A stretch of DNA of 62,445 bases, counting the filler, from Dugesia japonica (taxonomy: Eukaryota), in the NCBI GenBank assembly GCA_001938525.1. It is 6 parts of 6 records of this genome, joined end to end, with 100 filler letters (N's around TTAATTAATTAA, not from the genome) between each part and the next. Parts side by side here need not be neighbours in the genome. Positions count along the whole stretch, not along the records: positions 31,490 to 40,165 come from MQRL01596755.1; positions 40,266 to 50,503 come from MQRL01637084.1; positions 50,604 to 62,445 come from MQRL01608685.1; 3 more parts are not named here. One strand, given 5' to 3'. The position numbers and the translations under genes are program-made. Under the pieces are notes generated by a model. It saw only the letters and a program-made list of their open reading frames with translations. It was not told where the DNA came from and searched no databases. Below, in pieces: positions 37,830 to 51,720 of this stretch (position 1 is its first letter; the number at the start of each line of letters is the position of its first letter).

Positions 37830-39674
37830 CGTAGAAAATTAACTTATAAAAATATTATTTTACTTTATGAAAATATTTTCGTAAATAAATTTCAATTGTT
37901 AAAGGTTCTTCAATTTGAAAATTAGGGATTTAAATCAATTTAATGGTGGGGAATTTATATTTCATTCTTATTTTTCAATTAATTGTTAACTATAAAGCTT
38001 TATGTGAAACATTAGATTTATTTTTATTCAAATAGACATGAAATTTATTTAGTCACAGAAAAGTAATCGGATATGATCTTTATACAATATTTGATACTAC
38101 TAAATTCTGGATTTGATACTATTAAGCCAGTTTCATTGTTATAAAATTTAGTAATTGTTTTGTTTATTGTTTTTCTAATATTGGAATTTCTTTATCGATT
38201 CTTGGTTTCTCGTTTGTTTTGTCAGTACGAAAATTTTCATAAACAGAATTGATATATTTAAGTAATGTTATCTATAGTGGTTTACATAGTTCTGCATAAG
38301 TTTAAATAAATCATTTTGATGATCAAGGTATACTCACATGACATATTTTTGTTACTTTCATAGATCAGATTATTTTCAATTATCTTTATGAATATAACGA
38401 AAGGAATATTGAACTCATTAAAATAATTTGAAATTCTAATATAAGAAAAATCCGAATTAATATTCAGTGTCATATATTTGATTACATTGAAATAAATGTA
38501 ATTGATTTTGTATGCCATTTTGATTGATCTCGCATTTTCGATGTAGCTGAAAAATGTTTATCAAAGTCAAAGTCAAGTGGTTTTTGATGGTGATAAATTT
38601 AGACCGTTCAAAAATTTATGCAAAGCATTTGATGAATGATTATCAATATTATGGATGTATTATAACATCACATTTAACAATTAATAGAACCGTGTGGTGT
38701 AACGTTGCCATGATTGGACTTTTATTTGATCAACTGTAGCCCATTCCTATCTACAACTATCTCTAGTTTGGTGAATTGTGGTTATAAGTGTCTTGTTTGG
38801 TTTAGCAGTTTTTAATATACGATCTAATACAATGGATTTTAATCATACCTTTTTTTCTAATTTTACTCTCACTAGAATTATTTCTTGTTTTATTAATAAT
38901 ACAAAGGATTCAATTAATTTACTTTGGATGCTATCCGAGCGCTTTTTATGACATCAGCAATAATAATTATCGATTATTTAAATTTTTGTTTGTTTATTAT
39001 ATAAAAAAGTTAACTTATTTATGAAATTTATTGTTAAGTATTAGGGTTCGGGCCTACATTTGTAACATTTTCATCTGAAGACAACATTTATTTTCTGAAA
39101 CAATTGGGTTTACAATAAATACATGTAATAAAATTCTAATTTACAAAATTAAAAAAATATTACACAATAATATATTAAAACGTTACAATTTATTAGCCAA
39201 AAAATAATTTTACAAAATATTATTTTATACACAATTAATAATTAAAAAACTATAAAGCTTACGTATTGCTTTTTACCATGTACGATTTAATTTCCTCAAT
39301 AATAATTACGAAATCCACACTAGTTTTTTAAAAATCTGTCGTGCATAATATTGAAACAAAAGTTTCTTAAATTTAAAATAAATAAACAAGGTTTAATTAA
39401 TTACATATAAAAAATAAAAAGAACTTAAAACATTCAACAATCACACATTTTCTCACAATAAGAATTAGAAGGTATTAATTAACAATTATTAATAATTAAC
39501 TAAATTAAATTAAATCGATACTTTATATGGAATGTAAAAATTTGGTGACAAATCGAACGTAAATAAACGTGATTTCTAATCAATTATTAATATTTTTATT
39601 AATGATAACAATTTATTAACATATTGTTTTTTGCATTTTACATTTAAACTTTTTTATTTGGTATTTTATTTTAG

Positions 39675-40163
39675 TTGTTTGAAAGAGTATTATTTATATG
39701 GTCAATGAGACATCCTGCCAGTGGTTACGTACAAGGCATTAATGATTTACTAACTCCATATTTCATTGTATTTTTATCAGAATTTGTCCAAGTTGGTAGG
39801 TTTATTTGAACACCCATTAGTTAGCATGCTAGTGATTCACTTATAGATTTGAATACTGCAGGGGAGCTTACGCTAAGTACTGATCCAACAGAAGATGAAT
39901 TGAAAAAGGTTGAGGCGGATTGTTATTGGTGCGTAAGTCGATTATTAGACAGTATCCAAGATCATTATACATTTGCTCAACCGGGTATTCAAACCAGAGT
40001 TCAAGCATTATCTTCTTTAATCAGTAGATTAGATTCTGAACTACATCAACATTTAAATGATCAGAAAGTGGAATATCTACAATTTTCTTTCCGTTGGATG
40101 AATAACCTTTTAATGAGGGAACTTCCTCTGCGATGTGTAATACGTTTGTGGGATACATATCAT
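39675..40163 (+). CDS. TBC1D22: TBC1 domain family member 22 (Gyp1-like Rab GAP), two internal exons (39675-39795, 39847-40163)
   Basis: LFERVLFIWSMRHPASGYVQGINDLLTPYFIVFL...VEADCYWC...IQDHYTFAQPGIQ...YLQFSFRWMNNLLMRELPLRCVIRLWDTY, with a 51-nt GT-AG intron. The gene continues beyond the scaffold end. Confidence 0.95.
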
Positions 40164-40165
40164 GT

Positions 40166-40265
40166 NNNNNNNNNNNNNNNNNNNNNNNNNNNNNNNNNNN
40201 NNNNNNNNNTTAATTAATTAANNNNNNNNNNNNNNNNNNNNNNNNNNNNNNNNNNNNNNNNNNNN
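40166..40265. other. Artificial scaffold-joining linker
   Basis: 44N-TTAATTAATTAA-44N. Confidence 0.97.
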
Positions 40266-40934
40266 GGAGTCTCTGCGACCCATTTTCATTATTATAATAA
40301 CGCTGTATCGCGTTTGATATTAATTATTATTTTTAATTGCTGTTGGTCCAGTCATCATGCCTTGTCTAGCTGGCGAAAATAAAACGAAAAATCATCAGCA
40401 GATTAGCTGAATCATTTCGTGCTAGACAAGGACTTAGTAACAATAACATCCGATTATTCAGAGGTTATATGAGGTGACATGTTGAATAATTTTGAAAACC
40501 GAGTTATGGTGCGCGAAATCTCTAGCCGAGATGAAAATGAAGAGGTGCACACTAAATGAGAACAACACACCAACAAATCAGGAGAAGTGAATTACAAGAA
40601 CCAGATTTTGATTGACGAGCTAATGAATTATTGCAAGTTGGCGTGCAAACGAGCAATAAAACTCGTTTGCACTGAAAAAATAGTCAGAAGAATTACCAGA
40701 TAATTTTGTTGCTTAACAAATTTTANNNNNNNNNNNNNNNNNNNNNNNNNNNNNNNNNNNNNNNNNNNNNNNNNNNNNNNNNNNNNNNNNNNNNNNNNNN
40801 NNNNNNNNNNNNNNNNNNNNNNNNNNNNNNNNNNNNNNNNNNNNNNNNNNNNNNNNNNNNNNNNNNNNNCGTCGGCCAACCAACTTCCAGATAGTTAAAG
40901 AAATTCAAGGAGATCGACAATTATTATTATATGA

Positions 40935-41150
40935 TGCGATGTAATTTGAAAGCAGATTGAGGATATGCCCTCCAGAATGAATTGAATTTAATGTGTTATG
41001 ATCCAACTCAAAATATGCGATGTCATTTGAAAGCAGAATGAGGATATGCTCTCCAGAATGAATTTAATGGGTTGTGATCCAACTTAAAATATGCGATGTA
41101 ATTTGAAGGCAGAATGAGGATATGCCCACCAGATAGATTGGAATTTAATG
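40935..41150. repeat. Tandem repeat, ~76-81-bp unit x3
   Basis: tgcgatgtaatttgaaagcagaatgaggatatgc starts at 40935, 41016 and 41092. Confidence 0.85.
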
Positions 41151-42135
41151 TTTTTTCAGGAATCGAGAAAAAAAATGGTTAAAGTGTAATCGCCGATGAA
41201 AGTATTTCGAAGAAAAGAAAATTTCACGAGCTTACGTTGTAAACGAGAAAACTAATATATGACAGCTAGTGTGGCGAATTCGATCCGACGGAGAAAACGA
41301 TAAAAGTCGTAGAGTGAATTGTAGGAAAATAATACCATTAGCCTGCGAGGTACGAGTTGCATTGGTAATCACTAACGAGTGGAAATGAGTCGATATGTAT
41401 AAGAGAGTCGAGTGCCTGCGAGTTCAACTATGTAATAAAGATGTTTCTGAGAATGGAACATGAAGGAATGATTGTCGTTGGAGTGAACGAGGTTTGGCGT
41501 TGGGAGCTCGATTAGCAGGATTTATGAGAGGGTGTCGTGAATTAAATTTATTACTTTTGATTCATTTTTCAAGTTTTGTTAGTTTGGTTTGAATTTAAAT
41601 GAATTTTTAGCTTTTAGTTTTCTTAAACCAAAAACTTATTTCGTTTTGTGTAATTTAATAATTTACCAATTGGTTTGGTTTGAATTTAAATGAATTTTTA
41701 GCTTCTAATTTTCTTAAATTTTTTTTGGCTGTAATTTAATAATTTACAGAAAATATTAAGTTTTAAAATGGAAGAGTGTTATTGCTTAAATTTCTTTTTT
41801 TTATTTGATTAAATAATTTTTCTTAGCAAGTAATTATAGAGTAATCAGGATTAATGATAAATTTTACGACTTGACTGTATTATGCATTTCTTATGAAACA
41901 AGCTGATAAGGAGTTCTTGTTAGAGCTTCGAAGTAGTAGAAACGAGGNAAGATGGCTGCTATGGTGGACATATTCTCTGGTTCATACTATAGAGGCGGTG
42001 GAACCAGAATCTATAGGCCACAGGCCGAAGAAACGTTGGTGGTTTAATTGCAGCTTATTTTTAAATTAGTTACTTGAAAATATATTTACTATTAATGGCA
42101 GAAACTTAAATAATTGTTAATATTTTTTATAGAAA

Positions 42136-42504
42136 ATGACCGCTTACTTCAAGGCACATATTCCCTTGGTGCTATCCAATGACGGCGACGAAGGTACATT
42201 TTGGATTCCTTGGCGAAATGCAGTAGAGCTGCTGGACGAGCAAAAAGCTATCTACGAGAAGGAAAAGAAGGAGATGCAAGCGGGTCAGTAGGAGTTGATC
42301 AAACGTCACATCGAGTTACGGTGGCAATGAACTACAGTTAATGCGGAGAAGGAGGATCTGGCGAGGAAACTGACACAGCGGGAGTCGAAAATTCAGGAAA
42401 TTGCTAATGAATTCGCGTCGGCGACTCGGCATCTAATGGAGCATCGATTCGGGATGGAAAAGATCGAAGGACAGATCCTGCAGCAGATGATGGACGAGTC
42501 ATGA
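42136..42504 (+). pseudogene. Degraded coiled-coil ORF of unknown family
   Basis: MTAYFKAHIPLVLSNDGDEGTFWIPWRNAVELLDEQKAIYEKEKKEMQAGQ*ELIKRHIELRWQ*TTVNAEKEDLARKLTQRESKIQEIANEF...MMDES*. It is GC-richer than the background. Confidence 0.4.
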
Positions 42505-42657
<153 letters not shown>

Positions 42658-43695
42658 TTTATTTGCATATTTTTTTACCATAAAAATACAATGTGAATGT
42701 TATATGTTATCTGTCTGAATCGGATAAACAGAGGCTTCAAAAATGGACCTTAAATATTTAAATACATTCGCAGAATCAAAGGAAGAAAATAAAACATTAT
42801 CNTTTTAAAAAATAAAATCAAATACACAAGTTTTACTTTGTATATTTTATTTAATAAGAAANGATTTGTAGGTGGCCCCAAAATTAATTCTTGCACAAGA
42901 GCCCAAAATGTCTNGCTAAGCTACTAACTCCTCAATTTTTCTTTTATCAATACTTTTAGTAAATTACAAGATTACTAAAATTAAAATGTAAAAATATATT
43001 TTGTTAAATACCCAATGTCCAGTCTAAATTACCTATTGAGAAAAAGGTTTTACATCTTATCTGTTGAAACGAAATCAACAAATACATTAAATTTTTTCTT
43101 AAAAAATCTCGGAGAAAATGCATTTAAACTTTGAAATAAAAAATAACATGAGATGTTCATTGATTAACCAAATATTTACTTTGAATATAAAATAATGGCG
43201 CGTAATAAAGCTAGATTGTGGAGATGAGATAAATAAATGAGATCCTGAAGTCGAGGTCCAGGATCCGGTGAAATTGAAATCAGAGTCACTAAGCAACACC
43301 CAATAAATGTATTAATACGTGCCTCAGTTGTTATTATTGATTTAATTATTTAAAGNNNNNNNNNNNNNNNNNNNNNNNNNNNNNNNNNNNNNNNNNNNNN
43401 NNNNNNNNNNNNNNNNNNNNNNNNNNNNNNNNNNNNNNNNNNNNNNNNNNNNNNNNNNNNNNNNNNNNNNNNNNNNNNNNNNNNNNNNNNNNNNNNNNNN
43501 NATGTTTTGGTTTTTCTTTAAACATTATGTTAAACCTACAATTGTTTATTCTCGTAATTAATAGCAATTACATTTCTGATTATGATTCATTATAATTCAT
43601 TTTCATATACACCTTTAGTGAATAAATCGAATGACGAACGGACATTGAAGAAAGACACGACGGCCATGCCGCAGAGGTAGAAGGAGGAACGGAGA

Positions 43696-43925
43696 GAATT
43701 GAAAAATGAAATACTGCGGCTGAAGGGACAAGTACAAAAGTCGGCGGCAAATACAACCAGTTGTCCCTTCAGCACGCAAACCGATTAATGGCCGACATCA
43801 TCAAGACTTATGCGGATCGGGAAGGTTCATTGTTTTTGTCTTTACGAACTCTCTGAATGAACTATCGTGTACCCGAGCCATCCTGAGAAGCTATGGACCA
43901 AACCGTCGACTTGGACGCTGAATAA
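43696..43925 (+). pseudogene. Degraded paralog of the 22659-22919 coiled-coil ORF
   Basis: ELKNEILRLKGQVQK.../MADIIKTYADREGSLFLSLRTL*...QTVDLDAE*, followed by AATAAA at ~43946. Confidence 0.5.
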
Positions 43926-44339
43926 CTGACGGAAATGTAGCTATAAATAAAATTATTAACATCTTCGANTTATTGTGTAATATAATTGTGTATTTCAGTA
44001 TGAGCAACAGTTTTCGAGTTACGAGTTTAAATTTTATTGTTGTATTATTGAGCTAAAAGAGATTATAGATATACTGGGTCACAGATTTAATGAGTAAGAC
44101 GCGATACCGCGAAGTCGCGCTGGACCCGTGGAAAGAAAGGGCATGTCACAGAGGTGACATAAATACTTGTGGTTTTTAGGTATGCCCATAGACGCGTGGA
44201 TGAAATAATAATTATTAAAATGATATCCGATAATGTGGAGATAAAGAATTTTTAAAACACCAAATCCTAAAAATCCAACACCTCTAATAAAAATCAATAG
44301 TAATACAACTAAAAAGGAAAATTTAAAACTGCAACTTGT

Positions 44340-45090
44340 TAATTTTATTTACCAAACACGATTATATTTCAAATCTGTTTGCCTTTTCCCTTTCAGCATT
44401 TATTTGTCGTATTAAATTCAGCAAGCTCACTTGGACTTGTGTTAATCTGTGATCTTGTTCAAACGCTTTCGTAATAATCGTCGCGACTACCTCGCTCTTC
44501 TCACAGGTTTTCAATAAATTGCTGTGGGGCACTTAGCTCTATCCTTTTTGATTTTAGATTTAGAATAGATTTTCATCTTTTTATTCCATGTTTCATTGTC
44601 ACTATTTTTTATTCTTATCCGAAATTACCTTGTCAGCGAATGGTCACTGATTCAATAAGTCCCATATTTCATTACTTAGAATTATTGAGGTGTTCAATTT
44701 TAAAAAAGAGAGCCATTTTATATATAAAGAAACGTCATATAAACAAATAGTTCAGCTCATCGTTTTATTTTATTAACTGATAATAACATCATTGACAAGA
44801 GTCACCGACAAAGGTTCGATATACATATGAGTTCCGCAAAACGCCAGAGAATAATCTAACGTCTTTCCTTAGTTTTTTACAAACGCATATTAATGGAATG
44901 TTCTATTGCCAATTACGTTTCCTAATAATGCGTTTGTCGAAAAAATTCTTGATAGCTTCATCTATCTTTTTTTCTAAATGCATTGGTTGTCTCCATGATT
45001 TTGTATTTATTGGTTCTCCATTTGCGATTATTTGATGTCCTGCAATAGTTTTTCTGACAATATCTCAGTTGTCTGCCGTTTGTACTATAA
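44340..45090 (-). mobile_element. Highly deleted Gypsy pol remnant E
   Basis: AGHQIIANGEPINTKSWRQPMHLEKKIDEAIKN...IPLICV (RT N-terminus), similar to element B. Confidence 0.6.
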
Positions 45091-45459
45091 AGAAAAATTG
45101 TGCTTAATTAAGCAGTCTTGTAATGTAAATTTGTATGTTTTTATTTCTGTCAATACATTTATTTTGTAAATTTTTGAAAATTTAAATTTTATTTTATATT
45201 TTAATAGTTTAAATTTTTCATCACTGAAATTATATTATTTTCAGTTTTTTCAGTTGTTAAGATTTTCAATGGAAATAGTTTGTAAAAGTTTTTAACTCTT
45301 ATTTTTAAAAGTTAATCAAAATTTATATTAAAAAAATCATCAAAATTTGCCATTTACTGGAAAAATCATGAATTTTAAATAAAATGTAAAATTTTGAAAT
45401 TCAATAACAATGAATTAAAATTAGCACATGAAATAAAATTATTATAAGGAAGCATTTTT

Positions 45460-46370
45460 ATACAGCAAACCCTATACACAAAATGTTCAGAATTTTATTC
45501 TGAATTAAATGGTCTAAAAATATTTTAAAAATTATTATTATTTTAATTATAATTCATATTTAATTATATATTATTTTGAGAACCATGCATACTTTTACAA
45601 CAAACCCTATGGGAAATATGTTCAGTTTTTTATTCTGAGTTAAAAAATACCAAATTTGTTTGACTATCCTAAGTTTTTTCCAGAAAAGATAATTTTCTAT
45701 CTTTTGAACTAAGCATATTTATACAGGAAACCCTGTAAGAAATATGTTCAAAATTATTTTCTGAATCAAATGTTTTCATTCCTATGACTATACGATAAGT
45801 TTTCATTGAGAAATTGACAGATCAAGGTCGACTGATCCCGCGCGTTAGTAACTTTTCTGAGAGAACCACAAACTTTTGTTCAGCAAACCCTGTGGGAAAT
45901 ATGTTCAAATTTTAATTCTGAGTTCAATAAAACCGAAATTTTTTGATTATTTCCAGAAAATATAATAATTTTTTATCCACGGTCTGATATGACACCTGGG
46001 CATTATCTTAATTTTGAACTAAGTATATGTCAACAGCCAACCCTATACAAAATATGTTCAGAATTTTATTCTAAATCGAATCCTATGATTTTTAGGATTA
46101 TACATTGAGTTTTGGTTGAGAAATTCGCAGATTAAGGTTGACTGATCCCGTGCTCTAGTACCATTTCCAAGAGAACCGAGCATATTAATATAGCAAACCC
46201 TATACAAAAATGTTCACCTTTCAATTCTAAGAAGATCCATATCAAATTTGTTTGATTATCATTAGTATTTCTAAAGTTCAATTTTTCATTCTTTGAATTT
46301 TCTATCTTTTGAACTAAGCATATGTTTACGGCAAACCCTATACACAAAAAGTTCAGAACTTGATTTTGAA
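45460..46370. repeat. Satellite-like repeat, ~130-150-bp units (gcaaaccctat...aaatatgttcagaattttattctga) with ~300-bp higher-order period
   Basis: About 7 copies of the aaccct...atgttca core. aaggt(c/t)gactgatcccg recurs at ~45825 and ~46135. Confidence 0.75.
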
Positions 46371-48405
46371 TTGAATGCTATCATTTCCAATTTTTTTGGA
46401 GTGATAAATGTGGACTGTTTTTTTTACTATGAAGAATGAAAAAAAAACCAAGGATAAATTTTTTTGGAATCCACATGACCAAGATGCCAGAGTCGTAAAA
46501 AATTGAAAGAATATACATGTTAAGGATTGTAACGATTGGCGGGAAATGGATCAATTTGAACGATTTTAGTACTATTATTGGAGGCCAAAGCAGGTAATTA
46601 ATAACCTTTTCTTATATTCCCCAGAATCTTCAATGTTTTCATTTTCTGATGATTTTAACTTTAGGTGCAATAATTAATAAACTTAGTAATAATATTTTCT
46701 TGTTTATTACAATATCAGCCAAATTCTTTTTAATCATTAACTTTTACTTAAATAAATTATAATTTGAATAATATGTATGTAATAACATCTGTAGTGTCAT
46801 TTCTGCATAATAAATTAGATGCTCCAACAAAAAATATGGGGGGAAGACAATGAAGACATAGAATTATTATATAAACTATACAGGCTCAGTATGTGGCAAC
46901 AAAACCACCCGTTGATGAGGCACGCACTAAAATCCAGGGTAATCGAAAGCGCTGTACGGAATACCAACAACAAGCAAATTTTTTTCATAATCACACAGTA
47001 CAATTAAACATTGTTTTAAGTCTACAATACAATCAATTTAATACATACAGTACAGCATATAAATATTTACATTATCCGAAGGATAATTAATATTAATATT
47101 AAGTCTACCAAGAGAATATCAGTAGATGGATACTAGCGCACGGGATCCCCAGGCGACGACGTGATTTTGTGATTGAAGTGATCTGGATGTATTATTTTGA
47201 TTGGTCGTTACGATGACGTAAAAATGAATGGGTGATAGCTAATCAACTCTTAGTTTCATCTATTTAACTGTTACGTTCTGACAGTCAATTAAAAAATTTT
47301 ATGGATAGAGTAACTATTTATTAATTATTAGGTAAATTATTTTAATTTAAACGTGGGGTTTGTTTGTTACATGTAATTACTAGATCACACTCAATAACTT
47401 TTCATTGAAGTGCCTCTTTGGATAGATTTCTTCATCTAGATTTCAGAACAAGATGAAATTTATTCAGAAATAAAAAATTCAAAATTTATCGATAAATTAT
47501 CTTTAACAATAAATAAACTAAGTCAATTCACTTATTATTTCACATTAAAATAAACCCGTAAACCATGAATCAGCATTGTGGTGGCTGGGAAACCAGTTTT
47601 TAGTGCACACAGCTGAAGTATTTTTATTTTCATTAAATAGTTTAAGGAAATTAATTATTTTGTTTTTAATAAATAATTCCAAAATAATATTAGGTTATAA
47701 TTTCTCATAATTTTATCAATAAATAATGATTTAGGAAACGGTTAAAATTGACAGTTGTTCAATATTCCTATTTTCATATACTCTTAAAACTAATAATGCA
47801 CGCAAATAAGTGCCTTATTAAAGACTGCCATCTTAAAAAAAGTTTGTCGACATTTTTTTAAAGAATATTAAATAATTTTCTTAATTTATGATTTTACGAA
47901 ATTAATTAATAAATCACACTTTATATATCCTAATGGTAACAATTTGCTTAACCGCTAATTCTTTTAATTATTGGAATACACCATAAATTGTTCTTTTATT
48001 TTGTTAAATAGAAAAGTTTAAAAATCTTTAACATCATTGTTTTCTATCATTAGAAAATTCAAAATTTGTGAAGTGAGCTCAATTTTTACTTTGCTTATAA
48101 TTTCATTAACATATTTTATACGCTTTTAATAGTGAATGATTTAGAAATTACTTGTTAAAATTACTTAAACTTGGTTTAAAAATTATATTTTAAGCAAAAA
48201 TTCAGTGTTGGAATTTTTGTTTTTAATTGTTAACTTTCACAGGCTGTTAGATTTTATTGTTAAAAATTTTATAAATGTTATTTAAAAAAAATAATATAGT
48301 CAAGATAAATTTAACATCATTAATAATGCTGATTTATCCATATACTTTTTAAAATGGATATTGTTTAAATATTTACTAGTAAATGTTGCAAATTTGTTTT
48401 ATGAA

Positions 48406-48931
48406 ATGTCTAATGAAAAAGAAATTCCTGTTAGTATATATATTTTTTTGATATAATATAATTAAATACTTTAATACAATAAATTAATTTGATTGATATA
48501 TAATTTTTAGTTTGTCATCTTTTTAAAATCGATATATGAAGTTAGACCTAAAAAGCATCCAACTAGTAACAAAACCCATCATTGGAAACTCCGAATTGAA
48601 TCATTAAAGTCACAGAATGATATTAAAAGAGTGGAATTTATCTTGCATAATACATTTAAAGATCCTTACCAAAGTGTGTTTATTAATATTTAAATATTTT
48701 ATATTTAAATTATATTATATAAATTTAGTTCGGAAGAAATCTCCATTTGAAATAGAGGAAGAAGGTTTTGGTAATTTCGAAATGCAAATTAATATTAAAA
48801 TTCTTAATCGGAAAATTCCATTGCCATATTTCATTCAATTAATGCCTCAAAAAGTAACGACAATTCAATTTCATCATTCAGTTTGGATGGTGAAACCTAA
48901 AGAATTGAGTAAAGTTTTGGAAATCGGAGGT
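48406..48931 (+). CDS. YEATS-domain protein (divergent ENL/AF9-like), first three exons 48406-48429, 48511-48673, 48729-48931
   Basis: Spliced translation MSNEKEIP-FVIFLKSIYEVRPKKHPTSNKTHHWKLRIE...IKRVEFILHNTFKDPYQI-RKKSPFEIEEEGFGNFEMQINIK...; the THxW, FxLHxSF-like and EEGxGxF motifs are present. Introns are GT-AG, 81 and 55 nt, and a GTAAGT donor lies at 48932. Confidence 0.85.
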
Positions 48932-49589
48932 GTAAGTGTTAATTATTTCAGTTTCTTGAGTACAATTTGTAAATTGTGAATTTTTTAATCATTATTGTTT
49001 ATTCTGCAAATAATTTGAGATGAAAATAATTTTGTCAAACCCAGAGTTTTTTTGGGTTGAAGTTTGAATTTCGGCTCGAGCTCTGNNNNNNNNNNNNNNN
49101 NNNNNNNNNNNNNNNNNNNNNNNNNNNNNNNNNNNNNNNNNNNNNNNNNNNNNNNNNNNNNNNNNNNNNNNNNNNNNNNNNNNNNNNNNNNNNNNNNNNN
49201 NNNNNNNNNNNNNNNNNNNNNNNNNNNNNNNNNNNNCATTTATAACAAATAAAATGAGAAAAAACAAATTTTTGCGGACGAAAAGTCGTTTTATTAAACC
49301 ATACAATCTCCATTATTATCGACCATCTCTCAGGCAACATCATAACATGCTTTGTTCAAATAACTCTTTGATTTGGTGCTTTTTTTGGCAAAATACTTAA
49401 TCAAATGTGATTCAATGTCATTATAACCAATAGAAATGAACATTTCGCCGTTGAGGAAATTTTCCCGCTACCAAAATAAACGATAATCGAACGGTGCGAG
49501 GTCAGCAGAAATATAATCTAAATCCGGATTCATTCGTATTAAACTACAAAGAAATGAGACCAATCCTACAATAGCAGTAAAGAACGAAG

Positions 49590-49880
49590 AAGTTTTTAGT
49601 CTAAAACCAAATTGTGTTTCGCTGAGCACCTTTTCCGTTATTCGGTGCAATCTGGTTTAAATAGTATTTTCCCATTTACCCCGAGCACGAAAATTCCTAT
49701 ATAGCTAAAAGGGTCAGATTTGCTTTCATTTACATGATAGAGTACTGTTGCAACTCTCCATTCTAGGGGAAATGTTTTCGTGAGATTCCAAATTATATAT
49801 TTTACGATACTCCTATGCACGAATGGTCCCGCCTCCTTGAAAGCTTTCACTGGTATTTCTGATGACCCGGGTCCTTTGAT
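49590..49880 (-). mobile_element. LINE (RTE/L2-like) reverse transcriptase fragment
   Basis: GPGSSEIPVKAFKEAG...FPLEWRVATV...SYIGIFVLGVNGKIL.../RITEKVLSETQFGFR. Confidence 0.7.
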
Positions 49881-50149
49881 AACTTATTGCATTGTAACCG
49901 GTTCATTGCTGTGATGCAATATTATATCTCTAGGGTCCAAGTTTCTAAGCACTTAGCACGTAGATATTTCATCTTGTTGAGCATATTGTTTCATCCATTC
50001 ATTATCAAACCTAAATATTATGAACTCTATGGAAATTAAATTTCAAATAATGTTGAGGTTTCAACAACTTTACAAATTGAAGAAATGATTCCTGGAACTC
50101 AAAGAAAATTCTCAGAGCTGGTTTTAACTAAATTGACAGAGCGAACTTT

Positions 50150-50460
50150 AAAAATTGAAGTTACCGAAAATCTTATCAGAGGAGGAGCAAATGCAAAAAT
50201 GAATCTGGTCAGGACAATACGTTAAAATATAGCAATTTTACCGACTTAGACTCCCACGATCTTATTTTTNTTACCAAAACCCGGATGCCAAATGGACATG
50301 TAACATCGCGCATTATAAGAATATAAAAGTCGACCATATTACTATTTTCAACCAAGAGTAAGCTGGACAACAATAAGAAAGCAGTGGTCTATCTTTCCGT
50401 GTTTTTAAACCACTAATTGTCTCAAACTGTGCATCCGTGGAAGATATGATTGATAAACCA
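50150..50460 (+). mobile_element. Possible LINE APE-endonuclease C-terminal remnant
   Basis: AKWTCNIAHYKNIKVDHITI resembles the ..TW......IDHI.I motif. Heavily decayed. Confidence 0.35.
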
Positions 50461-50503
50461 AAGAAACATAAGAAGAATCAACTGAGTTCTTGCAGTAACG
50501 GCT

Positions 50504-50603
50504 NNNNNNNNNNNNNNNNNNNNNNNNNNNNNNNNNNNNNNNNNNNNTTAATTAATTAANNNNNNNNNNNNNNNNNNNNNNNNNNNNNNNNNNNNNNNNN
50601 NNN
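50504..50603. other. Artificial scaffold-joining linker
   Basis: 44N-TTAATTAATTAA-44N. Confidence 0.97.
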
Positions 50604-51247
50604 TTTAATGGATTGCTTCGATAATAAAATTTACCCATTTAGTTGATAATTTAAATTCACTTTATGTTTACCCAAAATTTGGGAATTTTACTAGATAGAT
50701 GATCAATTTTTGTTTTCAGAAATTTTTCTTCACTATTTCTTAAGTTATTCAGTATTATACTTTATACCCATTATTTCAACACTAGACAATACTAATGATC
50801 TATGAAAAAATGTAATTTGCCAATAGTTCATAAATAGATGTCATTGGTTATACTTTTTGTTGTGAATAGTGAACAAGATTATTGAGGTAAGGTATTTATA
50901 TTGTTTTTTCTTAGAAATAGTAATATAAATAAAATTGTTTTTGATTATTGCTTATAACCATACTGCATTAAAACAAAATATTATTATTGTCACGATATTT
51001 TTCATTTACTTCATACTAGGTTATATTTAATGTTTTTAAGTTTATTTTTCATAAACTATTTGTTTTGTTTAGATAAATAGTAATTAAACATTATTTTCAC
51101 GTAGTTTTATTCTAGGCGTTAATGAGTTAAGTAATTTAGCTATAACTGTAAAATTTTCCAAAATTGGATAATACTGGGAATCACAATTTCCTCTTACGTT
51201 TTTTAAAGTTGCAAGTAGATTATTGATTAAATTTGTAGAATGCAAAG

Positions 51248-51720
51248 CAGGGGTCTGAAACTCAGGTCACATTACTACTGTGCTTCAATGTAACACTTTG
51301 TATCACTGAATACAACACTATTAATAATTAAACGTATTATATCATATTGTATTTGTTAGGTAAATATTACAAAGATCATTTATTTTCAAATAAATTAATC
51401 ATTTTAATCCATCTCTATTGGCTAAAAATCTTCATAATGATTTCCTTATAATATTAATGCTTATAGTACATTTAGTAGGCTAATAATTGCAAACCATAGA
51501 AATATTATAAAAGAATTTGTTAAAATTTAATATATTTTAAGAAATATTTTATCATATTTAAATTATTGAGAAATAAAATTAATAATTATGAAATAAAAAT
51601 TAAATCTTATTTCAAATAGAAGCTATAATTATTTACAATCAAAGTAAAGCTGTATGTGTTGACAAGTAATTTTTGCTATTCACATGGAGCAACTAGCGGG
51701 CCACGTATTTGACACCCCTG
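51248..51720. mobile_element. hAT-type non-autonomous element (~473 bp)
   Basis: Termini CAGGGGTCTGAAA ... TTTGACACCCCTG, subterminal gcgggccacg, and an 8-bp TSD with one mismatch (atgcaaag / atgaaaag). Confidence 0.65.

Noticed and set aside
46420-47090. Exon-like patches with splice-like signals
   Set aside because: No consistent spliced frame or recognisable family could be built.
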